Assembly: GCA_030603365.1 (NCBI GenBank)
Contig: JAUVXV010000009.1
Coordinates: forward strand, 64,001 to 128,000
Length of the DNA: 64,000 nucleotides
Direction of reading: 5' to 3'
Origin: Candidatus Heimdallarchaeota archaeon
GTDB taxonomy: Archaea; Asgardarchaeota; Heimdallarchaeia; Heimdallarchaeales; Heimdallarchaeaceae
In this document: positions 40,670 through 50,689 of the stretch, piece after piece
How positions within the stretch are numbered: the stretch's first letter is position 1
Layout of the letters: each line of letters begins with the position of its first letter
The notes under the pieces: model-generated
What the model was told of the DNA's origin: nothing
Database searches by the model: none
The model's input: only the letters and a program-made list of their open reading frames with translations
Made by a program: the position numbers and the translations under genes

Positions 40670-41548
40670 TTGATTTACTTGAAAGTTGTCAAGGTTGGTA
40701 CTCGTGGATTTGTTTTTAGTTTTGATGATCCTTATCTATTAAACATCTATGTAATTAATGGTGACAATCATATCTTTATTTGTGATACAGGCTTTGGATC
40801 TGAAACAATAAATGATATTTTATCACATTTAAACAAACAAGGTATTCACTCTAAACCTTATATTGTCTTCAATTCTCATGCTGATTATGATCATGTATGG
40901 GGGAATCATATTTTCATAGATTCGCAGATAATTGCGCAGGAACTTTCTCCTGAGATATTCGAAAAAGAAGGAAAAGAGATATTAGAAAAATATGCTGCTC
41001 ATAAAAGAGGAGAAGTGATTCTAACACCTCCAAACAAACTGTTTAAAGAAAAGATTGTTTTTGATGAGGAAGAAATAGAATTTTATCACTCACCAGGACA
41101 CACTCTTGAATCTTCCTCTTGTTATGATAGAAGAGATCAAATCCTCTTTGTAGGTGATAATATAGAAACCCCTTACCCATACATTAACTTCTCAAACCTT
41201 GAAGATTACAAAGCTACTTTGAAGGAATATCTTTCTCGGGAAACTAAAGTAGTTATTTCTGGTCATGATGAAATAATGTATAATACACAGCTAATAGAAA
41301 GCAATCTAGATTATTTAGAGAAACTTTCTAGTGGAGAAGTAGATAGATCACAATTTACTAAGAAACACAGAGGAATTCATTTTATGAATATTACAAGATT
41401 GGGAGAGATGATGAAGGAATCTGATAATATCGAAAAGGCAAGAATGTATTATGCAGAAGCTTTGAGCATTTTAGAGGAGATTGAAAAAACTCCTGAAATC
41501 GAACTTAACATTAATGAAATAACTACCATTTTAAGGGAATTAGTTTAG
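40670..41548 (+). CDS. MBL-fold metallo-hydrolase
   Basis: DTG, SHADYDHVWGN, PGHT, VGD, SGH. Confidence 0.9.
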   Translation: MIYLKVVKVGTRGFVFSFDDPYLLNIYVINGDNHIFICDTGFGSETINDILSHLNKQGIHSKPYIVFNSHADYDHVWGNHIFIDSQIIAQELSPEIFEKEGKEILEKYAAHKRGEVILTPPNKLFKEKIVFDEEEIEFYHSPGHTLESSSCYDRRDQILFVGDNIETPYPYINFSNLEDYKATLKEYLSRETKVVISGHDEIMYNTQLIESNLDYLEKLSSGEVDRSQFTKKHRGIHFMNITRLGEMMKESDNIEKARMYYAEALSILEEIEKTPEIELNINEITTILRELV

Positions 41549-41643
41549 ATATTACAACTGTTTCAACTAATATCTTTAAAACAACCTTAGAATAATTCCA
41601 ATAAGATATAAATATAACTAGTTTTGTTCAATATCGCTAGTAG

Positions 41644-43551
41644 TTGGAAAATATGACTTCTGCAAACAACATCACCAATAATCAAGAGATTCAAGATAAA
41701 GAAACTCAACTTTTAATGGGAAACAGAGCGGTAGTTCAAGGTCTTTTGGAAGCCAAAGTCGGTCTTGCAACTGCTTATCCGGGAACACCAAGTACTGAAA
41801 TACAAATGCAATTATACAAGCTGAGTAAAAAGGGACAAATCTACTTTGAATTTTCAGTAAATGAAAAAGTTGCATTAGAGATAGCTGCTGCTTCAGCATT
41901 ATCAGGAGTCAGATCAGCTGTTATTATGAAACATGTAGGATTGAATGTTGCTTCTGATCCATTAATGGCTCTAGCCTATTTTGGTGTTGTAGGGGGAATG
42001 GTTCTTGTAGTAGTTGATGATCCTGGATGTTTATCAAGCCAGAATGAACAAGATTCTAGATTTTGGGGCAAATTCTCTCATTTACCAATATTAGAACCTT
42101 CCACATCTCAAGAAGTAAAAGATACAATAGTCAAAGCTTTTGAATTATCAGAAAGGTATAACTCAGTATTTATTGTTCGTTTAACTAACTATACTTCTTT
42201 AAATACTTCAGAGGTTGAGAAGAACGTCATCGAAGAAGAAATGAAGAGGGATGGAACTTTCTTTAAAGATGTTCGATATATTGTACCAGCTAGGTATGTC
42301 TACCACAAGGAGCTACATGGGAAAATCAAAGCCATTAGAGCAGATAAAGAATTTCTCGGATTTAATGAATTAAGATATTCTGATTCTAAATCTGATAAAT
42401 TGATAATAACTCAAGGGTCTATCTTCCCAATGGTGGAATATACTAGAAACTTTAGTAAATTAGATGTACCTATTCTAAAGGTAAGTGCTATTCATCCTTT
42501 GAGTGAAGAACAACTTTGTGAAATTATTAATAATTACAAATACATCTACTTTGTAGAAGAGCTAGAAACGTATCTAGAGGATGAAATTTCTGCAATTATT
42601 GCTAAAAACAATTTAAATGTGAAGATTATTGGAAAGGAAAAATTACGAATTCCTCAAGAAAATAAAATTTCTCCTGATGTTCTTTTAGAACCTTTCACAC
42701 TTATAGCTGCTAATCCTGATGATGAAAATACGTTCAAATATGAAGAGATTCCCAAACTACCTTTCGAACCAGTCATTGGAAGAGAAGACTTGCTTCTTCC
42801 AAGAACCTTGCCTAGATTGTGTGATGGGTGTTCTCACAGAGGCGCATTCTATTCCATAAAGAGAGCAACTGATGTCACTACACATATTTTACCTTCAGAT
42901 ATAGGTTGCTATGCTCTAGGGCAAGTTTCTCCTATTGAAGTTGGAGATTTCTGGTTATGTATGGGTGCAAGTATAGGAACTGCGATAGGATTTTCACTTA
43001 CTAACAATAAACCAGTTATAGCAATTATTGGTGATGGAACTTTCTTCCATGCTGGTATTCCTCCACTTATAGATGCTGTTCTCTATAATCATAATATCAC
43101 AATAGCGATCTTGAATAACCGATTAACAGCGATGACGGGGGGGCAACCTACTCCATCTTCTGATGATGAGACGACACAGAATCAAAACTCAGTTGATATA
43201 GAAGAACTAGTAAAAGCTATTGGAGTTAAATGGGTCAAATCTGTCAGAGTAGAGAATGTTAAAGAAAACACAAAATTGATTAGAGAGGCCATGGATTTTG
43301 AAGGACCAGCTGTAGTGATATTTAACGGTGAGTGCATAGTAGAACTCTATAAACATGATTACGATTTAGGGGAACCTCCGTACGTAGATCAAGAAACCTG
43401 TAATCACTGTGGTATATGTTTTATAGAATTTGATTGTCCATCAATTGTTAAAGTGGATGGACGTATAGAGATTAAGGAAGAGACATGTTCAGCTTGTAAT
43501 ATTTGCGTAAATGTCTGTCCTCAGGATGCTATTATTCCTAGAAAGAAGTAG
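41644..43551 (+). CDS. iorA: Indolepyruvate:ferredoxin oxidoreductase alpha subunit
   Basis: AYPGTPSTE, NEKVALE, MKHVGLNVASD, SSQNEQDSR, LCDGCSHR, DIGCY, GDGTFFH, C-terminal 2x[4Fe-4S]. Confidence 0.96.
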   Translation: MENMTSANNITNNQEIQDKETQLLMGNRAVVQGLLEAKVGLATAYPGTPSTEIQMQLYKLSKKGQIYFEFSVNEKVALEIAAASALSGVRSAVIMKHVGLNVASDPLMALAYFGVVGGMVLVVVDDPGCLSSQNEQDSRFWGKFSHLPILEPSTSQEVKDTIVKAFELSERYNSVFIVRLTNYTSLNTSEVEKNVIEEEMKRDGTFFKDVRYIVPARYVYHKELHGKIKAIRADKEFLGFNELRYSDSKSDKLIITQGSIFPMVEYTRNFSKLDVPILKVSAIHPLSEEQLCEIINNYKYIYFVEELETYLEDEISAIIAKNNLNVKIIGKEKLRIPQENKISPDVLLEPFTLIAANPDDENTFKYEEIPKLPFEPVIGREDLLLPRTLPRLCDGCSHRGAFYSIKRATDVTTHILPSDIGCYALGQVSPIEVGDFWLCMGASIGTAIGFSLTNNKPVIAIIGDGTFFHAGIPPLIDAVLYNHNITIAILNNRLTAMTGGQPTPSSDDETTQNQNSVDIEELVKAIGVKWVKSVRVENVKENTKLIREAMDFEGPAVVIFNGECIVELYKHDYDLGEPPYVDQETCNHCGICFIEFDCPSIVKVDGRIEIKEETCSACNICVNVCPQDAIIPRKK

Positions 43552-44190
43552 GTGAAAAATATGAGCCAGAACACAGATAATGAAAAACCAATTAACATTG
43601 CAATAATAGGTCTTGGAGGACAAGGAGTAATCACTCTAACTAAACTGATAGCTGATGTAAGCTTTGGACTAGGAAAGAAAGTATGTTACAATGAGATTCA
43701 TGGATTATCTCAAAGAGGTGGATCTGTTCAATCTTTGCTTCGAATAAATGAAGCAGAAAATCCTGTTTTCGCTGATAAAGATGTTGATTACATAATTGGT
43801 CTAGAGATGTTAGAAGCTCTACGATACTTATATTTGGCAAAGGGGTCGACAGCAAAGGTAATTATCACCAATAAATATCTTATCAGATCAACCTCAGATT
43901 TGGGATATGAACAGTTCCCAGATGAGGATGCAATAGTGATGGAAATAAAGAAACACTCTTCTGAGCTATATCTTTTTGATGCTTTAGGGTTTGAAGAGAG
44001 TACAAAAACAAAATTCAAACCACTAAATGTTGCAGTTTTCTCTGCAATGACAACCTTTCAAGAATTAGGTTTACCAACAAAAAAAGCAGAAGATTTAGTA
44101 ACGGAATACCTTGGACGAAATACTATCTTGCGACAAATTAACAAGAAAGCCTTTAAGGATGGTTCAAAATGGCTGAGGAAACTGGAGTGA
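43552..44190 (+). CDS. iorB: Indolepyruvate:ferredoxin oxidoreductase beta subunit
   Basis: GLGGQGVI, EIHGLSQRGGSV, LEALR, NKKAF; abuts iorA. Confidence 0.93.
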   Translation: MKNMSQNTDNEKPINIAIIGLGGQGVITLTKLIADVSFGLGKKVCYNEIHGLSQRGGSVQSLLRINEAENPVFADKDVDYIIGLEMLEALRYLYLAKGSTAKVIITNKYLIRSTSDLGYEQFPDEDAIVMEIKKHSSELYLFDALGFEESTKTKFKPLNVAVFSAMTTFQELGLPTKKAEDLVTEYLGRNTILRQINKKAFKDGSKWLRKLE

Positions 44191-44195
44191 ATAAA

Positions 44196-45233
44196 ATGAA
44201 TGTTCTAATAGTAGGTCCTGGAGCAATTGGTTGTGGTGCAGCTGCAACAATAGGAAAAAACAACCATGTAGTTTATCTTCTTGGAAGAGATTATCACAAA
44301 AAACATTTTTCAAAAAACCCTGTAATTTACAAAGTAGGAGATAAAACCGTTTCTACCAAAATTAATCCTATAATAATGGATGATTTAAAGGATGGTAGCA
44401 TCAAACCGGATGCAATTTTGATAACTCTGAAGGCAAATAGTACTATGGCATTGGTTAAAGAAATGGAACCCTATCTTTCATCTGAAACACCAATTCTTTC
44501 TCTCCAAAATGGTTTTATAGCGCAAGATATTTTTGATAAAACTTCGTTTACTAATGTTTTTGCATGTGTTGTTGGTTTCAACAGTTTCCTAGAAGATACT
44601 GGTGTAGCAATTCAAACTACTGAAGGTGATATGATTGTTGGTAAAATTATATCAGAAGTTTCTGAAAATACCGGTGATGATGTTCCTGGATTTATTTTTA
44701 ATCTTCTAAATCACATCATTGAAACAAAAGTTTCTCAAAATATCATTAGTGATGTTTGGATGAAAGCCATGATTAACTCAACAATCAATCCTATATGTGC
44801 AATAGGTAACTTAACTCTGGGTGAATTAGGAATCTATGAACCAGGACTCAAACTTGGTCTGTGGGTCTGGAGAGAATTAGTTCATGTGGTTGATTCTTTA
44901 AATCTAAAATTGAATCCTTTTCAAGGTATTCTACATCCTGAGATGCTTTATGTGTATGATATTGTGAGTTATGGTATCGCAAGAATGGTAATATGGAAAA
45001 TGACTGGAGACAATAAAGATGCAGTAGTTTCTATGCTTCAAGATGTGAGAAACAACAGATCGACAGAAATTGATTATCTAAATGGGAAAATAGTAGAAAT
45101 AGGTGCTGATTATAGTCTTGAGATGCCTGTTAATAAACTACTAATTGACACAATTAAACAGATAGAGCGGGGAGAACTTAAACCTTCAAAAGGCCTTCTG
45201 AACAAACTTTATAGAAATTATATCATGCATTGA
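44196..45233 (+). CDS. panE: Ketopantoate reductase (PanE/ApbA) family oxidoreductase
   Basis: GPGAIG, LQNG, WMKAMIN, SMLQD, TEIDYLNG; GGAGTGA RBS before ATG 44196. Confidence 0.85.
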   Translation: MNVLIVGPGAIGCGAAATIGKNNHVVYLLGRDYHKKHFSKNPVIYKVGDKTVSTKINPIIMDDLKDGSIKPDAILITLKANSTMALVKEMEPYLSSETPILSLQNGFIAQDIFDKTSFTNVFACVVGFNSFLEDTGVAIQTTEGDMIVGKIISEVSENTGDDVPGFIFNLLNHIIETKVSQNIISDVWMKAMINSTINPICAIGNLTLGELGIYEPGLKLGLWVWRELVHVVDSLNLKLNPFQGILHPEMLYVYDIVSYGIARMVIWKMTGDNKDAVVSMLQDVRNNRSTEIDYLNGKIVEIGADYSLEMPVNKLLIDTIKQIERGELKPSKGLLNKLYRNYIMH

Positions 45234-45355
45234 TGGAATCCATTAGTTTTTTCTTTTACTTTTTATGCTTAAATGTCTATATATAAGTGAATAATGGGTC
45301 AAACTTAAAAATGACTTTATTCCAATATAGTATTAATAGCTCTTAGGTGGTTTAA

Positions 45356-45679
45356 ATGAAAATTGAGGAACTAAAACCAGATTCGAATTTTGATGAACTA
45401 AAGGTCAGAATACTTTCAAAACAAGGTCCTAGAGAAGTACATGCTAGAGGAAACCCATTACATGTCTGGGATATTCTAGTAGTTGATGAAACTGGAACTA
45501 CTACATTGACATTATGGGGAGCAACAGCTGCAGATAATTACAAAGTAGGTCAAGTTATTACAATTAGTAATGGCTGGTGTAAGATGTTTAGAGATACAAA
45601 ACAAATATCCTTGGGTAGAGAAGGAAAAATGTTTCTTTCAGATGATGATCCTAGCATTCCTACCAAACCTCCCGAATAA
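45356..45679 (+). CDS. ssb: Single OB-fold ssDNA-binding protein (crenarchaeal SSB/hSSB1 type)
   Basis: MKIEELKP, VVDETG, LTLWG, GQVITISNGW, ISLGREG. Confidence 0.8.
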   Translation: MKIEELKPDSNFDELKVRILSKQGPREVHARGNPLHVWDILVVDETGTTTLTLWGATAADNYKVGQVITISNGWCKMFRDTKQISLGREGKMFLSDDDPSIPTKPPE

Positions 45680-45755
45680 TTTACTATTGCTTCTTTAATA
45701 AAAGATATATTGCTTATTTTTCTTTTTGTTTTCAAATTAATGTTGATGTGAGTAA

Positions 45756-46826
45756 ATGAGTCAGATTATTATTAAAAGTCCCAATCCTGATGTTATTTGG
45801 AACAGTTGGAAACAAAAAGCATCTCGTAACATAAACTTGGAAAAGCACTACAAAACTAAAGGTGCTGTATTTTCTCTCGATAGTATAATAGCTGCTGAAT
45901 ATGTTAAAGCTGTCAATAAAGCTGCAATTGTTTTCTTTGAAGAAATTTATGAAGCTACAACCTCTTCAGCAAAAAAAATCATTAAACAAGGCAATGTCAA
46001 ATCTCTTCAGAAGGAACAATTTTACGAATTCAAAACTGTAGCAGTTAAATCAGAATGGAAGGGTCCTGAGAATGTTGCTTATTTGAATTCAATTCAAGAA
46101 TATGGTTGTAGTTCATGTAGAGGTTCTGGAACCATTACTTGTTCAAAATGCAATGGCAGAAAAGACATTATATGTTCTAACTGCAAAGGCACAACTATTG
46201 GTTGTAAAAATTGTAACTCTACAGGTAAAATAACGATAAGACTTTCTGTTATAGATCAACAAGGTAACAAGAAAAATGTTGAAAAAACAGTTCCTTGCAC
46301 TCAATGCTCAGGTACAAAAAGAGTGGAATGTTCAAGATGTGGGGGTTCAGGTAAAGTTCCCTGCGATTCTTGCCAAGCTGAAGGAGTTAAATCTTGTAAA
46401 GATTGCGGAGGTAATGGAGTTTTATTCAAGTGGATTATTCAACCTGTGCCTTTCAAAGCAGAAAGAACTGCCAAACCTGTTATCTTATCTTCCATAAAAG
46501 TATCCGGATTTGAAAAGGAAATGGGTGTGGAAATTCAGAAAGCAATTGAAAGAGTAGAAGGGATAGCTATTAGAGATCCATATAATGAGCTCAATCAGCG
46601 ATTCATTGAACCAAGCTTAGGATACTTTACTAAAGAATTATCTAAAATCATCAATGAGACCCAGAAAAGCTGGAAAAGTGCATCCAAGAATACAGATTTT
46701 ACAATCAGAAAACCAATCTATATTTATCCACTGATTGCTTTAGATTGTGAAACAGCAAAAGGAAAGAAATTCCAAGTCTTTTCAATAGGTTCAGAAAGAG
46801 GGTATCTTGTTTTTGGAAAGATATAG
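45756..46826 (+). CDS. J-domain-less DnaJ-type zinc-finger protein (SSUH2-like architecture)
   Basis: Eight CxxC(xGxG) motifs, no HPD J-domain. Confidence 0.75.
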   Translation: MSQIIIKSPNPDVIWNSWKQKASRNINLEKHYKTKGAVFSLDSIIAAEYVKAVNKAAIVFFEEIYEATTSSAKKIIKQGNVKSLQKEQFYEFKTVAVKSEWKGPENVAYLNSIQEYGCSSCRGSGTITCSKCNGRKDIICSNCKGTTIGCKNCNSTGKITIRLSVIDQQGNKKNVEKTVPCTQCSGTKRVECSRCGGSGKVPCDSCQAEGVKSCKDCGGNGVLFKWIIQPVPFKAERTAKPVILSSIKVSGFEKEMGVEIQKAIERVEGIAIRDPYNELNQRFIEPSLGYFTKELSKIINETQKSWKSASKNTDFTIRKPIYIYPLIALDCETAKGKKFQVFSIGSERGYLVFGKI

Positions 46827-46850
46827 AGGGTTTAGTTAAACTCTTTTTTT

Positions 46851-47207
46851 CTAACAGTTCAGGTGAAATGCACCAGCAACTTTAACACCTTTTTTTACAA
46901 GTTCATTGAATTTCTTCACAGCTTGAGTAGATTTTTCAACACTAATACTAATTTCTTTAGTTTCTAGCTTTTTAATTAGCTCTTCAGGAACCTGTACTAG
47001 ACCAAACATGCCTGTCCCTACAACTAAAGTTTCAATTTCTTTCTCCTTTAGAATTTTTAAATCATCTAAGTGAAGAGCATGTCCTTTCTTTCTTCTCCAA
47101 TTAGTTTCAATAGAATCGGTGAAAATTATTAGATCAGAGGTATAAGAATGTCCATTAATCACCATTTTGCCAAAACGATATTTCTCAATTATATTCACTT
47201 TAGTCAC
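46851..47207 (-). CDS. Mth938-like (DUF498/AAMDC/NDUFAF3) protein
   Basis: YRFGKMVING..Y.SDLII, WRRKKGH, LVVGTG, AVKKFNEL, GAFHLNC. Confidence 0.9.
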   Translation of the reverse strand: MTKVNIIEKYRFGKMVINGHSYTSDLIIFTDSIETNWRRKKGHALHLDDLKILKEKEIETLVVGTGMFGLVQVPEELIKKLETKEISISVEKSTQAVKKFNELVKKGVKVAGAFHLNC

Positions 47208-47315
47208 CGAAGATGAGTATACATATTCTACATCTACCTTTAATCTTTTTTATTGACAAAGTATTAAATACAAGAATTAATTATAATTCCTTGATTAGAT
47301 TTAGGAGTTAAGAAA

Positions 47316-48083
47316 ATGGTAGAATTTTGGGTATGGATAGTAGTAGGAGTAATACTGTTATTTTCTGCATTCTGGTTTTTATCTGGAATCAGAGTAGTAT
47401 TAGAATATGAACGAATAGTTGTCTTCCGATTAGGCAGATACAAAAGAACGATGGGACCGGGAGTAGTTTATGTCCTTCCTGTCTTTGAAAAAGCTAGAAA
47501 GGTTGATCTCAGGATCATAACTCAAGATATTCCTAGACAAGAAGTTATGACTCGTGATAATATTCCTGTCTTAGCTAATACAGTTGTCTACTTCAAAGTT
47601 GAACGTCCAGAAGATGCAGTGATTAAAATTGAGAATTATGTTTATGCTGTTAGACAGTATACTCAAGCAGCTCTACGTGATACAATGGGTACCATGGAAC
47701 TTGATCAAGTTCTTATTGAGAGAGATAAGATTGCTCAAGATATACGAAATATAGTTGACAAAGAAACTAGTGAATGGGGAATTGATATTAAGGGAATTAA
47801 AATTCAAGAGCTTGAACTTCCTGCAGAAATGAAAAGAGCATTTGCAATGCAAGCTGAAGCAGAAAGAGAAAAAAGAGCTGCAATAATTAAATCAGAAGGT
47901 GAACTTCAAGCATCAGCAAATCTTGCAGAAGCTGCAAGTAAACTTGCGAAAAATCCAGGATCTATGCATTTAAGAACTTTGCAGACTATCAGAGATATAG
48001 CTCAAGATCCAAGCGAGAAAATTGTTATCTTCATGCCTAGTGATTTAACAGAAGTTGCCAAGAAAGTTGTAGGTAAGAAATAA
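47316..48083 (+). CDS. SPFH/stomatin (slipin) family protein
   Basis: EYERIVVFRLGR, GPG, VDLR, TRDN, QAEAEREKRA, LRTLQT. Confidence 0.95.
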   Translation: MVEFWVWIVVGVILLFSAFWFLSGIRVVLEYERIVVFRLGRYKRTMGPGVVYVLPVFEKARKVDLRIITQDIPRQEVMTRDNIPVLANTVVYFKVERPEDAVIKIENYVYAVRQYTQAALRDTMGTMELDQVLIERDKIAQDIRNIVDKETSEWGIDIKGIKIQELELPAEMKRAFAMQAEAEREKRAAIIKSEGELQASANLAEAASKLAKNPGSMHLRTLQTIRDIAQDPSEKIVIFMPSDLTEVAKKVVGKK

Positions 48084-48097
48084 AAAGGTGAGAGTTT

Positions 48098-48769
48098 TTG
48101 GGTTTAGAAACTCATAAGAGATACGTACAAATTGCTTTCAATGGCTCAGCTCAGCAGGTTCGACGAGTACTACCACAGATACCTTATGACTCAAGAATAA
48201 TCATAGAGGCAGGAACTCCATATATTAAGAGAACAGGTATGGCAGGTGTCAGCCTCATCAGACGATGGTGGCGTGGGTTGATTGTTGCTGATATCAAAGT
48301 TACAGATGGAGCTGTTAAAGAAGTGATGTTCTCAGCTGCTGCAGGAGCTAATGCTGCAACTGTAATGGGTTCTGCTCCAGTTGAAACTTTGGATTACTTC
48401 GTTACATATTGTAAAAATCACAATCTCTACTCTATGATAGATATGCTAGGTGTTGATAAACCTCTACGAAAAATGCTTCCTATGAAAACCAAACCTGATG
48501 TTGTTGTAATTCACAAAGGAAGAGATGAGGAAAGCAACAAGAGTAATATTATCAGATATAAAGACATAGCAAAAATACATTCGAAGTATGAGAGTCTTAT
48601 TTCAGTAGCAGGAGGGTTGGGTTTCAAAGATGTTAGAAAAGCTTATTTCAATGGTGCTGATATAGCTATTCTGAATGTTACAGAACCAGACGACCCAAAT
48701 GTTGGTTTACCTGATCGTTCAAACTTTAAGCGGCTAATACCTGCAATTTTAAGTGCAGTGGGTGATTAA
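48098..48769 (+). CDS. 3-hexulose-6-phosphate synthase / OMPDC-HUMPS family protein
   Basis: IIEAGTPYIK, ADIKVTDGA, AGANAATV, HKGRDEE, VAGGL. Confidence 0.8.
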   Translation: MGLETHKRYVQIAFNGSAQQVRRVLPQIPYDSRIIIEAGTPYIKRTGMAGVSLIRRWWRGLIVADIKVTDGAVKEVMFSAAAGANAATVMGSAPVETLDYFVTYCKNHNLYSMIDMLGVDKPLRKMLPMKTKPDVVVIHKGRDEESNKSNIIRYKDIAKIHSKYESLISVAGGLGFKDVRKAYFNGADIAILNVTEPDDPNVGLPDRSNFKRLIPAILSAVGD

Positions 48770-48786
48770 CCTACTCACAACTTTTT

Positions 48787-49656
48787 CTAACAATCAAAAA
48801 CGAAACTTTTACCAAATGGTGCATAATTAACTCTGTTCTCACCTAATTTCTTTCTTAAAAGATGATATGCCCTTCTACCAATACTATGATTGAAAAAGAA
48901 TTTGACGTTCTTAAAATCTTGATTTAATTTATGAGCTATTTGTAAAATTATCTCTTTCTTAGCACCATAAAGATGAACTCCACCAATTAATGTAGTTACT
49001 TTATCATTCACCAAACTCTCTGCCTTTCTGATAGTATTGCTAATCCCAGAATGGCAACAACCGCAAATAAGTACTAATCCTTCTTTACTTTTTAATATTA
49101 GAGAAATTTCATCTAGAACTGGATCTATAGACCATTCTCCATTTACATAGTGAACAAAATAGCTAGAAATGTTTTGGTCTTCAATTCTTTCATCTAAAGA
49201 TATTTCTCCCGTTGTTATCAAATAAGGCGTTATTTCTACTGGTTCTGAACTTAAATTGAATTTTATTTTATTCTTCAATTCTGGTTTTATTGAATAGATT
49301 CCAGCATTCCACAATCGTAGTTTGCCGATTTGTGCTCTTTTAGCTTCGAGAGCATTTGTATGGGCATATATAGGAATGATTGATTTCTTTGTTCGATTTT
49401 CTAGAAGAGCATTGAGTCCACCAGTATGATCAGAATGACCATGAGAAAAAACAATTTTGTTTATTTTGTCTGGTTTAATATCTAATATCTCCATATTCTT
49501 AATTAGAAGTCTACCAACTAAACCTAAGTCGTACATTATATGATGTCTTCCTGAAGCGATGTAGAATGACAATCCATGACTAAATACTGAAAAAATTCCA
49601 GGATTTGTAATTCTATCATATACTGTCGTAATTGAGGTTTGCAATAAATCACTCAA
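48787..49656 (-). CDS. MBL-fold hydrolase (COG1237/MJ0448-like)
   Basis: HGLSF, SHGHSDHTGGL, TTGEI, GCCHSG, IGGVHL. Confidence 0.88.
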   Translation of the reverse strand: MSDLLQTSITTVYDRITNPGIFSVFSHGLSFYIASGRHHIMYDLGLVGRLLIKNMEILDIKPDKINKIVFSHGHSDHTGGLNALLENRTKKSIIPIYAHTNALEAKRAQIGKLRLWNAGIYSIKPELKNKIKFNLSSEPVEITPYLITTGEISLDERIEDQNISSYFVHYVNGEWSIDPVLDEISLILKSKEGLVLICGCCHSGISNTIRKAESLVNDKVTTLIGGVHLYGAKKEIILQIAHKLNQDFKNVKFFFNHSIGRRAYHLLRKKLGENRVNYAPFGKSFVFDC

Positions 49657-49743
49657 AGAAAGAAGCTATTTTGACAATATAATAATATTTCGAAAAAATG
49701 GGAAAATGCTTTAAATTTGTATCAATACGTTATACATGATAAA

Positions 49744-50592
49744 ATGAAAGCTTTCATTTCTGTTGATCTAGAAGGAATGCCCTTTGTGGTTATTCCTGGT
49801 CATTTAAACCTTAAAGGATCTCTTTATCCTGAAGCAAGAAAAATAGCTACACAAGTTACTCTTTTTGTAACTGAAGAACTTCATAAGAATGGTTTCGACA
49901 AAATAATAGTAGCGGATAGTCATGGACCAATGATAAATCTACTAGTCGATGATTTGCCTGAATGTGTTGAAATCGTGAGAGGTGGTCTTAGACCTACAAG
50001 TATGGTCGCTGGTTCAGAAGGTTGTGATGTCGGAATATTCCTTGGTTATCACGCTAAATTTGGGACCATAAATGCAACTTTTGATCATACTTACAGCGGA
50101 GGAAGTGTAAACAAACTCGTCTTAAATGGAATTGAAGTGAGTGAGTATCTCCTGAATTCCTATACTATAGGAGAGTTAAATATCCCTTCAATATTGGTTG
50201 CTGGAGATAAGCAATTGATAGAAGATGATGTTAAACCTTACACTCCTTGGGTTGAATCTGTAGCATTGAAAGAATCTCTTAGCAGGTTATCTGCAAAGAG
50301 TCCAAGTATGAAACTAATTGAGAGAGAATTACGAGCAGCTACTAATAAAGCTGTGATAAATGTGAATGAAAATCTTGTGAAACCTCTTGTTCTTGAAAAA
50401 CCTATCAATGTCTCTCTGACTCTGCGTGATACACATCAAGCTGATGCAGTTTCTTATCTACCTTTCATTACTCGAAAAGATGCCCTTACAGTAGAATATG
50501 TTTCTAAAGATATGGTCGAAGCTTACAAAACATTTCAAGCAATTATGTTTATTTCTTCGGCTTCCAACTCTATGCTTCAAAATCTCAAATAA
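49744..50592 (+). CDS. dppA: D-aminopeptidase, M55 (DppA) family
   Basis: ISVDLEG, VADSHG, FLGYHA, DHTYS, VAGD. Confidence 0.92.
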   Translation: MKAFISVDLEGMPFVVIPGHLNLKGSLYPEARKIATQVTLFVTEELHKNGFDKIIVADSHGPMINLLVDDLPECVEIVRGGLRPTSMVAGSEGCDVGIFLGYHAKFGTINATFDHTYSGGSVNKLVLNGIEVSEYLLNSYTIGELNIPSILVAGDKQLIEDDVKPYTPWVESVALKESLSRLSAKSPSMKLIERELRAATNKAVINVNENLVKPLVLEKPINVSLTLRDTHQADAVSYLPFITRKDALTVEYVSKDMVEAYKTFQAIMFISSASNSMLQNLK

Positions 50593-50689
50593 AAACGGAC
50601 GAGGAAATTCCTCTGCCAAAATTTTTTTAATAAGTACTATTAAGTTAGCCCAGATACTTCACAATCACTGAAATTTAAGAGGTTCCAAA

